Source of the DNA: an uncultured Gemmatimonadales bacterium
Lineage (GTDB): Bacteria; Gemmatimonadota; Gemmatimonadetes; Longimicrobiales; RSA9
Direction: 5' to 3'
NCBI GenBank assembly: GCA_963741945.1
Contig: CAVUKA010000001.1
Coordinates: 128,001 to 192,000, forward strand
DNA: 64,000 nucleotides
In this document: piece by piece, positions 50,450-58,668 of the stretch
How the letters are laid out: each line of letters begins with the position of its first letter
How positions within the stretch are numbered: the stretch's first letter is position 1
Position numbers and translations under genes: made by a program
The notes under the pieces: generated by a model
Database searches by the model: none
What the model was told of the DNA's origin: nothing
The model's input: only the letters and a program-made list of their open reading frames with translations

Positions 50450-52393
50450 TCAGCCTCCCAGGATCAACAGGACGAGAAGGATGCCCAGCCCCACCATGAT
50501 GAGGCGGTAATACTGGTGGGCGAGCCCCGTCTGGAGCCGCCGGGCCCACGAGCCCGCGCGGCCCACCAGCCGGGACAGGCCCTCCGGAGCGCCGTCGATG
50601 AGGACTTCCGCCCCCCGCTTCCCGGCCACGGCCAGCCGGGCCGCGGCATCGGCCGCCCACCACACCGTTCCATCCACGACGGCATCATCGAACCGGGCGA
50701 GCAGGCGAGCGCTGTCCCGCGCCACGCCGGGCAGCAGCCACACCGCCCGGTCCAGCACGCCATCATCGAAGCGCGCGAGCAGGTCGGCACACCGCTGAGC
50801 GGGCCGCGCGATGACGAGCCGGGCCAGCGCGGGGAGCCCGAGCCAGTCGGCGGCCGGCGCAGCACCGGCCTCCCCCAGCCGCGGCCGGAAACGCGCAACC
50901 GCCCAGCCGATCGCCACTCCGACCGTGACCAGGAGCAGTGAAGCCGCGAGCTCCCACGCCTCGCTCGACGGCACGATCCCCGCCAGCGCCTCCGCGACTC
51001 GCTGCGCCACGGGCGCGGCCCAGAGCAGCGAGAGCAGTGCGGTGGCGGCCGCGAGCAGGTAGAGCGCCCCGCGTTCTGCCGTGCGCGGCGGGCGGCCGCT
51101 CTCCCCCTCCCCGCACCCCGCTCCGCCGCGGCCGAACGCCTGGAACCAGAAGCGGGCCATGTAGGCGGCCGAAAGTCCACCGGCGATGCTCACGGCCACC
51201 GCCAGCCACGGGGAAGCGTGCCCGGCCGCGGTCACCACCTCCTCCTTCGTCCAGGCGGCTCCGAGGGGGGGCACACCGGCCAGCGCGGCCGCGGGGAGCG
51301 CGGAGGCAATGGCCACCCCGGGCAGCGCGCGCCCCAGCTTCATCCCGGGCAGGCGATAGCTGCCCGTGCAGCCGTGAGCGACTCCCGAGGCGAGGAAGAG
51401 CGGCGCCTTCGCCAGTGCGTGGGCGACGAGGTGGAGCACCGCCACGGCGGGATACCCGGCGCCCACGGCTACGAACATCAGGCCGTAATGGGCGGAGGTG
51501 GAGCCGGCCAGAAGTCGCTTGGCATGGGGCTGGAGGAGGGCGACGAGCCCGCCCGCCAGTGCCGTGGTCACGCCCACCGCCATGGCCGCCGGCCCGAACC
51601 AGGCCACACCGCCGAGCACCGGCTCCAGTCGGATAAGCAGGAACGCCCCGGCGGCCACCATGGTGGCCGCGTGGAGCAGCGTGGAGACGGTCACCGGCCC
51701 TTCCATGGCCGCGAACAGCCACGGCGCAAACGGCAGCTGCGCCGACTTCGCCGCGGCCGCGGCCAGCAGCCCCGCCGCTACCAGGTGGAGCGGCAGCCCG
51801 GTAAGGCCGGGCAGCGCCCCGTAGCGCAGCGAACCCGCACCGGCGAACGCAGCGACCACGGCCAGGAACATCCCCAGGTCGCCCGCGCGCGTGGTGAGGA
51901 AGACCACCGCCCCCGCCCTCGCCTTCCCGCGCTCCCACCACCCGTGGGCCACCAGCAGCGCCGAGCAGGCGCCGATCACTTCCCAGCCGACCACCAGCGT
52001 GAGCAGGTCCGCCGCCCCCGCAACCAGCTCCATGGCCCCCGCGAAGAACGTGAGCAGCACCAGCAGACGCCGCAGTCCTCGCGCCTCCTCGTGGTAGGCC
52101 GCGTACGCCACCACCGGGGCGGCGACCAGCGGTACCAGGACGGCGAAGATCGGCACCACCGGCGAGGTCCCATAGGCGTAATCCAGCGACAGGCCCAAGT
52201 CGGCCGCCCACAGAAGCCGACCGGTCCAGCCATGGACGCCCGCCAGCCCGGCCAGTGCGGCGGTGGCGACCATGGTTCCCGTGCTCAGCACGGCCAGCGG
52301 CGCTCGCCCACCCCTCCCATCTCCACGGGCGAGCCCCGTCAGCCCCAGCAGCAGGGCGCCGAAGACCGGAAGCAGGGGAACCAGCCAGGCCAT
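50450..52393 (-). CDS. nuoL: NuoL-like antiporter subunit
   Basis: GWE, RAGD, KSAQLPF..WL..AMEGP..VS.LLH, HALAKA; C-terminal LQTG. Confidence 0.92.
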   Translation of the reverse strand: MAWLVPLLPVFGALLLGLTGLARGDGRGGRAPLAVLSTGTMVATAALAGLAGVHGWTGRLLWAADLGLSLDYAYGTSPVVPIFAVLVPLVAAPVVAYAAYHEEARGLRRLLVLLTFFAGAMELVAGAADLLTLVVGWEVIGACSALLVAHGWWERGKARAGAVVFLTTRAGDLGMFLAVVAAFAGAGSLRYGALPGLTGLPLHLVAAGLLAAAAAKSAQLPFAPWLFAAMEGPVTVSTLLHAATMVAAGAFLLIRLEPVLGGVAWFGPAAMAVGVTTALAGGLVALLQPHAKRLLAGSTSAHYGLMFVAVGAGYPAVAVLHLVAHALAKAPLFLASGVAHGCTGSYRLPGMKLGRALPGVAIASALPAAALAGVPPLGAAWTKEEVVTAAGHASPWLAVAVSIAGGLSAAYMARFWFQAFGRGGAGCGEGESGRPPRTAERGALYLLAAATALLSLLWAAPVAQRVAEALAGIVPSSEAWELAASLLLVTVGVAIGWAVARFRPRLGEAGAAPAADWLGLPALARLVIARPAQRCADLLARFDDGVLDRAVWLLPGVARDSARLLARFDDAVVDGTVWWAADAAARLAVAGKRGAEVLIDGAPEGLSRLVGRAGSWARRLQTGLAHQYYRLIMVGLGILLVLLILGG

Positions 52394-52397
52394 CGCG

Positions 52398-52703
52398 TCA
52401 GCCTTCCAGGGTGTCCAGCCCCTCGGTGGTGTCGGCCTGACGGTTCCGGTAGACCGCCACCACCAGCGCGAACCCCATCGCCATCTCCACTGCCATGATC
52501 GCCATGATGACGATCGCCAGCAGCTGTCCCCGGGGCGCGAAGCCCGACGCCATGGCCCAGAACGCCACGGTCGCCAGGATCAGCCCGTTCAGGATCAGCT
52601 CCAGCCCCATCATCAGCATCACGAACGACTGCTGCGAAAGCGCGCCGTACACGCCGATCCCCACCAGCACGGCCGCAACCACCAGGAGCGCCGGCAACGT
52701 CAT
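52398..52703 (-). CDS. nuoK: NuoK-like subunit
   Basis: GLELILN, GQL, AVE.A.G; three TM helices. Confidence 0.9.
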   Translation of the reverse strand: MTLPALLVVAAVLVGIGVYGALSQQSFVMLMMGLELILNGLILATVAFWAMASGFAPRGQLLAIVIMAIMAVEMAMGFALVVAVYRNRQADTTEGLDTLEG

Positions 52704-53266
52704 GGCCGCCTCCCTGTCGGCTCGCCGCCAGGCTCCAGCCCGGGCGGGCGCGATCCCACGTCGGCGGGGCCGTAACGGCCGCGTCGGCTGGAGAGGATGA
52801 CAGTGCCGATCATGGCGGCGAGGAGCGTGACGCCGGCGGACTCGAAAACGAGCATGGAGCTGCCGAGGAGCTCGACGCCCAGGGCGGCGATCGGGTCGGC
52901 GGGCGGCGTCGAGCCCGCCCGGTGGAACGGAACGCCCAGCCCGACCGCCGCGAGGATGCCGCCCACGCCGACAGCGGCGGCCAGGGCGGTCGCGGGCTGG
53001 TGGACCATGTTCATCGGGTTGAGCCCGGCCGGGTTCATCATGAACATGACCATGAACAGGGCCATGACCATCATCTCGACGGCCATCATGAAGATGAGTG
53101 CGAAGCCGAGGTAGGGCGCGGCCAGGAGCAGGAGGATGGCGGCGACGGCCACGAACGACGTGAGCAGGTAGAAGGAGGCGCGAACCATGGAATCGGTGCG
53201 GAACACCCGCCAGCCGGTGACGATGGCGAGCGCGGCGAAAGCCCAGAACAGCGCGTCGATCGCCAT
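52700..53266 (-). CDS. nuoJ: NuoJ-like subunit, Met-rich TM3
   Basis: Position between H and K; LG..L....LVFESAGV.LL..MIG motif. Confidence 0.85.
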   Translation of the reverse strand: MAIDALFWAFAALAIVTGWRVFRTDSMVRASFYLLTSFVAVAAILLLLAAPYLGFALIFMMAVEMMVMALFMVMFMMNPAGLNPMNMVHQPATALAAAVGVGGILAAVGLGVPFHRAGSTPPADPIAALGVELLGSSMLVFESAGVTLLAAMIGTVILSSRRGRYGPADVGSRPPGLEPGGEPTGRRP

Positions 53267-54198
53267 CAGAACAGGGCCACGAGGCCGGCTTCCAGGAGCC
53301 CCAGGAACGAAAGCGGGAGCAGGCCCAGCCAGACCAGGGAGACCACGCGCTCCGTGGCGATGCGGGCCGTGCTCCTGCCGAGGAAGGCGAGCAGCGTCAG
53401 GACGGCCAGCGTCTTGACGGCGAGCCAGACCGGTCCCGGAAGCCACGGCCCCAGCCACCCACCCAGGAACACCGTGGCCGCCACGGCGGAGAACGCCACG
53501 AGCATCGCGCGCCGGGCGAACTCCCAGACGAGCCTCGAAATGCCCGAGACCTCGGATGACGCCCCGCCCGCCAGGTCCGCGCTGTCGGCGAAATCGAGCG
53601 GTCCCCAGAAGGCGACGCCGAGCCCGACGAAGAGGAAGAGCGGCAGTCCGAGGGGCTGTCGGACCACGTTCCACACCCCGTGCTGGGACTCGACGATCGC
53701 CGACAGCCTCAGCGATTCCGCCGGGAGCGCGGCCGCGATGAGGACGAACATGCTCACCAGCATGTAGGTCAGCCCGAGGGCGACGTAGCGGTATCCGCCG
53801 ATCAGCGACAGGTGCGCGTTCGCGGCCCAGCCGTGAAGGAAGATGACCACCACCGCCAGTGCCTCGACGGAGCCCCAGAGCACGATCCCGGCGGCGACAT
53901 CCGCCGGCGCCAGCGCGCTCGACCATGGCACTGCCGCCAGCCCCACCACCGCCAGCGCCAGGTAGAGCGAAGGCGCCAGCATCCAGGCGGGCGCGTCGGG
54001 CCGCTCGGTCCGGTTCCGCTGCTGCACCAGCAGGAAGGCCGCCTCCCGGAGCGGAGCCAGGAGAACCGGCCCCGACGAGCGACCGGCCACGGCCGCCGCG
54101 GCGAGCCGGTCCAGGATGGCAAAGCCCCACACGCCGGCCAGTGCGGCGGCGGCGAGCACCCCCACGGTCGTAGCCGTCCCCGCCGTGGCCGGAATCAT
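53266..54198 (-). CDS. nuoH: divergent NuoH-like subunit
   Basis: About 8 TM helices; GWAAN..SLIGG.R, SLRLSAIVESQ, WLAVK; acidic loop reduced to PLDFADSADLAGG. Confidence 0.8.
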   Translation of the reverse strand: MIPATAGTATTVGVLAAAALAGVWGFAILDRLAAAAVAGRSSGPVLLAPLREAAFLLVQQRNRTERPDAPAWMLAPSLYLALAVVGLAAVPWSSALAPADVAAGIVLWGSVEALAVVVIFLHGWAANAHLSLIGGYRYVALGLTYMLVSMFVLIAAALPAESLRLSAIVESQHGVWNVVRQPLGLPLFLFVGLGVAFWGPLDFADSADLAGGASSEVSGISRLVWEFARRAMLVAFSAVAATVFLGGWLGPWLPGPVWLAVKTLAVLTLLAFLGRSTARIATERVVSLVWLGLLPLSFLGLLEAGLVALF

Positions 54199-55301
54199 GC
54201 CCCGCCTTCCGCTGTGGGAGTCAGGTCGGCGGCCACCACCACCAGGCACGCCTCGCTCCACTCGAGGCCGGGCAGGTGCTCCGCCAGCCACGCGGCCGCA
54301 TCCGCATGGCCGCCGGCCACCGCGTTGTCGAACGCCGCCGGATCGCCGGCCGCCGTGGACAGGAGGCCATGCAGGTGCGAGCGGACCGTGCCGCCCCCGG
54401 GCAGGGGCACGGCCGGGAGCGCGGGCAGCGTGGCGCCGAAGCGCACCAGCGACTGGAGCCGGCGCACGCGGGACGCGGTGAGGTCGGGGGCGAGCGCGGC
54501 CGTGAGCGCGCGGTCGGCCAGGGCGTGCGCGCCCGCCATGTCCAGGATCCAGGCCGCGCGACGCAGGCGGACGCGCGCCCCGGCCACGTCCACGTCCGCG
54601 CGGCGAGCGGAAGCGCGGCCCCCACCATCGCTTACGGCCGAAACGGCCCGGGGGTACGGTGGCTCCAGGAGCTCCGCCTCCTGCACCACGTCGCCCTGGA
54701 GCACGAGCCGGAGCACGAGTCCGGGGGGGAACGACGGAAAGAAGGGACCGATGGTGAAGGAGAGCTGATCGAGGGCGAGACCATCGCGGATGTCGTCGGC
54801 CGTCATGGCCATCGGGCGACCGTACGGCTTCCCCCCCATCATCCCTTCCCCGCCCTGCCCGTGATCGCCGAGTCCGCGCCACGGGTTCGGCGGGCGGTCC
54901 GGCAGCCACGCCGGCTCGGACGCTCGATCCCCGCGCAGCACTGCGCTGTGGAGCCCCCGCAGCGCGGGGAGCGGATCGTCGTCACCGGGGACCACCTGGC
55001 CGCTGGCGACCGACGCGCCCCCGCCGTGAAGATCCGGCTGTGGCGCGTCATCGCCCCAGTACAGCGTGGCCCGGGGGTGCGGGATCTGGTCGTGGACGCG
55101 GGCGAGCGCGGCCCCGAATCGTGACGGCACCCAGCCCGCCACCATCAGGATCGTCGCATGCCGTGGCGATCGGACGAGCCGCAGGTCGCGCCGGAGCGAA
55201 AGCGCCTCCACCCGGTCCCCTGCCCCCTCGCCGATGGCCGGGAAGATGGGCACCGGGGCGGCCGCTGCCATGGCCCCAAGCCAGCGGCGCAGCGCGCTCA
55301 C
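54195..55301 (-). CDS. degenerate NuoB-NuoD-like fusion without Fe-S cysteines
   Basis: SPRHATILMVAG...VHDQIPHPR is NuoB-like; IGPFFP..G.L...LQGDVV is like the NuoD N-terminus; LPGLEWSEA...DL is like the NuoD C-terminus; GTG start overlaps the nuoA stop. Confidence 0.7.
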   Translation of the reverse strand: MSALRRWLGAMAAAAPVPIFPAIGEGAGDRVEALSLRRDLRLVRSPRHATILMVAGWVPSRFGAALARVHDQIPHPRATLYWGDDAPQPDLHGGGASVASGQVVPGDDDPLPALRGLHSAVLRGDRASEPAWLPDRPPNPWRGLGDHGQGGEGMMGGKPYGRPMAMTADDIRDGLALDQLSFTIGPFFPSFPPGLVLRLVLQGDVVQEAELLEPPYPRAVSAVSDGGGRASARRADVDVAGARVRLRRAAWILDMAGAHALADRALTAALAPDLTASRVRRLQSLVRFGATLPALPAVPLPGGGTVRSHLHGLLSTAAGDPAAFDNAVAGGHADAAAWLAEHLPGLEWSEACLVVVAADLTPTAEGGA

Positions 55302-55651
55302 TGCCACCGGAAGATCCCTTCGCGCCAGCCGTAGACAATGCCGACCGAGAGGATCGTGAGGAACATCCCCATCTCGACGAGCGCCTTGATCCCCTCGCGG
55401 ACGTAGACCACGGCCCACGGATACATGAACATCATCTCCATCTCGAACGCGATGAAGAGCAGGGTCATGGAGTAGAACCGCACGTGGTAGCGGCTCCACG
55501 CGTGCGTCGCCGGCTCACCACCGCCGAGGAACGGCGCCTTCTGCGGCCCGGTCAGCGCACGCCGGTCGGCGCGGGTCAGCCCCAGCTGCACGGCAAGCGC
55601 AAAAGCGGCCGCCGTCCCGAACACGATGAGCAGGTTGAGGAGCATGCGCAT
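55298..55651 (-). CDS. nuoA: NuoA-like subunit
   Basis: VRFY...LFIAFEME..F.YPWA; ends YGWREG..W. Confidence 0.9.
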   Translation of the reverse strand: MRMLLNLLIVFGTAAAFALAVQLGLTRADRRALTGPQKAPFLGGGEPATHAWSRYHVRFYSMTLLFIAFEMEMMFMYPWAVVYVREGIKALVEMGMFLTILSVGIVYGWREGIFRWQ

Positions 55652-55821
55652 TTGATTCCGTTTGCGCGCCGCAAGCATTGTTCCTCCCTGCACGAGGGCT
55701 TTGCACCGCCTGGCAACCGCCTCGGTGGCGCTGCTGGCGCGCGCGGGCGCCGGTTGCCGACTAGCCCGCCCACGCCGCCGTCGCACTGGTCCCGCCCCGG
55801 CCGGCGCGCTACGCTGTAGCC

Positions 55822-57057
55822 ATGGCACAACCGAACGTGCTGGCGATCGTCCTCGCCGGAGGCGAGGGGAAGCGGCTGCAGCCGCTCACGCGGGACCGGA
55901 CCAAGCCGGCGGTCCCGTTCGGCGGAGACTACCGGCTCATCGATTTCGCCCTCTCGAACCTGGCCAACGCCGGCTTCCTGCACATTGTCGTGCTGACGCA
56001 GTACAAGAGCCACAGCCTGGACGTGCACCTGGGGAAGGCGTGGCGCATGTCGCCGATCCTGGGCAACTACGTCATCTCCGTGCCCGCCCAGATGCGGACG
56101 GGGCCGCAGTGGTTCGCGGGCTCCGCCGACGCCATCTACCAGAACCTGAACCTGATCGGCGACGAGCGGCCGGAGCACGTCATCGTCTTCGGCGCGGACC
56201 ACATCTACCGCATGGACCCGCGCCAGATGCTGGACGAGCACGTGGAAAGCGGCGCCGGCGTGACCGTGGCCGGGATCCGGGTCCCCCGCTCCCTGGCCAG
56301 CCAGTTCGGCATCATCGAGCCTTCCGCCGACCGCCGGCGCATCGAGCGCTTCCGGGAGAAGCCGCCCGAGGCCGAGGGGCTCCCCGACGCGCCGGACCAG
56401 GTCTTCGCCTCCATGGGCAACTACCTCTTCCGCACGGACACGCTCGTGGAGATGGTCACCCGTGACGCCGAGGACCCGGACTCCCGGCACGACATCGGCG
56501 GCGACATCATCCCCCGGCTCGTGGACGCGGCCGACGCCCACGTCTACGACTTCGCCGACAACGACGTCCCCGGCGCCACCGACCGCGACCGCGGCTACTG
56601 GCGCGACGTGGGGACGCTGGAAGCGTACTACGACGCCCAGATGGACCTGGTCTCCGTCGATCCCATCTTCAATCTCTACAACCGGCAGTGGCCGATCCTC
56701 ACCGCGCGGGACCCCGCTCCGCCGGCCAAGTTCGTCTTCGCCTCCCACGGCCGCACCGGCCACGCCCTGGACTCCATGATCTCCGCGGGCGTGGTCATCT
56801 CCGGCGGCGAGGTGCGCCGCTCCGTGCTCTCCCCCGGCGTCTACGTGCACAGCTACGCCAGCGTCGAGGACTCGGTCCTCATGCACAACGTGGACGTGGG
56901 CCGCCACGCCATCGTCCGGAATGCCATCATCGACAAGAACGTGCGCATCCCAAGGGGCGCCCGCATCGGGGTGGATCCGGAAGTGGACGCCGCCCGGTTC
57001 CATGTCACGGAGCGTGGCATTGTCGTCATCGGCAAGGGCCAGACGGTGGCGCCGTGA
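55822..57057 (+). CDS. glgC: glucose-1-phosphate adenylyltransferase
   Basis: [45 protein letters not shown]. Confidence 0.97.
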   Translation: MAQPNVLAIVLAGGEGKRLQPLTRDRTKPAVPFGGDYRLIDFALSNLANAGFLHIVVLTQYKSHSLDVHLGKAWRMSPILGNYVISVPAQMRTGPQWFAGSADAIYQNLNLIGDERPEHVIVFGADHIYRMDPRQMLDEHVESGAGVTVAGIRVPRSLASQFGIIEPSADRRRIERFREKPPEAEGLPDAPDQVFASMGNYLFRTDTLVEMVTRDAEDPDSRHDIGGDIIPRLVDAADAHVYDFADNDVPGATDRDRGYWRDVGTLEAYYDAQMDLVSVDPIFNLYNRQWPILTARDPAPPAKFVFASHGRTGHALDSMISAGVVISGGEVRRSVLSPGVYVHSYASVEDSVLMHNVDVGRHAIVRNAIIDKNVRIPRGARIGVDPEVDAARFHVTERGIVVIGKGQTVAP

Positions 57058-58250
57058 AAGTGGCGCTCTGCACACGGGAGTACCCGCCGGACGTCTACGG
57101 CGGCGCGGGAGTCCACGTGGAGCACATGGCCCGCGCCCTGGCCGACCTCGCCGACGTGGCGGTCCACTGCTTCGGCCCGCCCCGGCCCGACCCGCTGGTG
57201 GCCGCCACCTACCAGCCGTGGGACGCGCTGGATGGCGGGGCCCCGCACCTGGCCGCGCTGCGCACGTTCTCCGTGGACCTCTCCATGGCCGCGGGCGTCC
57301 GTGGCGCGGACGTGGTGCACACGCACACGTGGTACGCCAACCTGGCCGGCCACCTGGCGAAGCTCACGTACGGCACCCCGCACGTCATGACCAGCCACAG
57401 CCTGGAGCCGCTCCGGCCGTGGAAGGAGGAGCAGCTGGGCGGCGGCTACCGCCTCTCCCTCTGGGCCGAGCGCACGGCCGTGGAAGCCGCCGACGCGGTC
57501 ATCGCCGTCTCACGGGGCATGCGCGACGACATCCTCCGCTGCTACCCCGCCGTGGCGCCGGAGCGCGTGCACGTCATCCACAACGGCGTGGATGCCGACG
57601 TGTACCGGCCGGATGCCGGCCGTGACGCGCTGGCGCCCCTCGGCATCGATCCAGACCGGCCCACCACCGCCTTCGTGGGACGGATCACCCGCCAGAAAGG
57701 CCTGCCGCACCTGCTGGACGCCGCGGAGCTGCTCGTGGAAGGGAGTCAGCTGGTCCTCTGCGCCGGGGCGCCGGACACCGAAGAGATCGGCCGCGAGGTG
57801 GCCGCGCGGGTGGACGCGCTCCGCTCGGCCGGGCGCCTCTCCGTCGTCTGGATCCCGGAAATGCTGCCGCCGCAGCAGGTGACCCAGGTCCTGGCCGCCT
57901 CCACGGTCTTCGTCTGCCCGTCCATCTACGAGCCGTTCGGGATCGTGAACCTGGAGGCCATGGCGTGCGGCACACCCGTCGTCGCTTCCGCCGTGGGCGG
58001 GATCCCCGAGATCGTGCTGGATTCGGAGACGGGGTGGCTCGTCCCGTTCGAGCAGGGCGACGATGCCTTCGGCTCACCGGCCGACCCCCCGGCGTTCGCC
58101 CGTGACCTGGCAGCCCGGATCAACGCGCTCCTCGAAGACCCGGAAGCAGCCGCGGCCATGGGCCGGGCAGCACGGGAGCGGGCACTGGCCGACTTCGGCT
58201 GGCCGGCCATCGCCGAGCGGGTCCTCACCCTCTACCGCTCGCTGATCTGA
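57054..58250 (+). CDS. glgA: GT4 glycogen synthase / alpha-maltose-1-phosphate synthase (GlgM, actinobacterial GlgA type)
   Basis: [51 protein letters not shown]. Confidence 0.92.
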   Translation: MKVALCTREYPPDVYGGAGVHVEHMARALADLADVAVHCFGPPRPDPLVAATYQPWDALDGGAPHLAALRTFSVDLSMAAGVRGADVVHTHTWYANLAGHLAKLTYGTPHVMTSHSLEPLRPWKEEQLGGGYRLSLWAERTAVEAADAVIAVSRGMRDDILRCYPAVAPERVHVIHNGVDADVYRPDAGRDALAPLGIDPDRPTTAFVGRITRQKGLPHLLDAAELLVEGSQLVLCAGAPDTEEIGREVAARVDALRSAGRLSVVWIPEMLPPQQVTQVLAASTVFVCPSIYEPFGIVNLEAMACGTPVVASAVGGIPEIVLDSETGWLVPFEQGDDAFGSPADPPAFARDLAARINALLEDPEAAAAMGRAARERALADFGWPAIAERVLTLYRSLI

Positions 58251-58295
58251 GGCAGCGGCAGGACGCGCGCCCCGGAGAGACGGGGCCCGGCGGCG

Positions 58296-58337
58296 CGGAT
58301 GAGGCTCCCGGATTCGCTCCGGGAGCCTCATCCGTTT
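58296..58337 (+). terminator. intrinsic terminator-like hairpin after glgA
   Basis: Perfect 17-bp stem CGGATGAGGCTCCCGGA / TCCGGGAGCCTCATCCG with a 5-nt loop and short T-tail. Confidence 0.75.
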
Positions 58338-58438
58338 CCGGAAGCACCGCCCTCCCAACGCTCCGTGCGTCCAATGTGTCACACTTCTCCCCGGGCGCGC
58401 GTTTGCCTGGCGGTACCGCAGCGTGCAGATTGCGGTGA

Positions 58439-58458
58439 TATTGACCGCTCGGTCTATA
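58439..58458. promoter_or_regulatory. TetR-type palindrome TATTGACCGCTCGGTCTATA upstream of susC
   Basis: Near-perfect 20-bp inverted repeat about 210 bp before the susC ATG. Confidence 0.5.
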
Positions 58459-58668
58459 CATCAAGGACACGAATCCGTGGACCATCCGGCATGGCGCCGG
58501 AGAGAGGAGGCGAGCCAGCGATCGAACGCTACCGATCCCCCCAAACAAGACGTGTGTGAGAAAGGAGCGCCCCCGCGCAGGCGGGCGAGGGCGAAGCGTG
58601 GCATGTGGCATCGGCGCGTGAAGGGCCGGTGGCGCGGTGCCACGGACACATAGCAAGGAGAACGAGGG

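Noticed and set aside
47542-55651. Calling the operon a canonical NADH dehydrogenase, hydrogenase-4/Ehr or Mrp
   Set aside because: No NuoC/I/E/F/G, no Ni or Fe-S ligands, and NuoA/NuoH-like subunits are present that Mrp lacks; the nuo symbols denote homology only.
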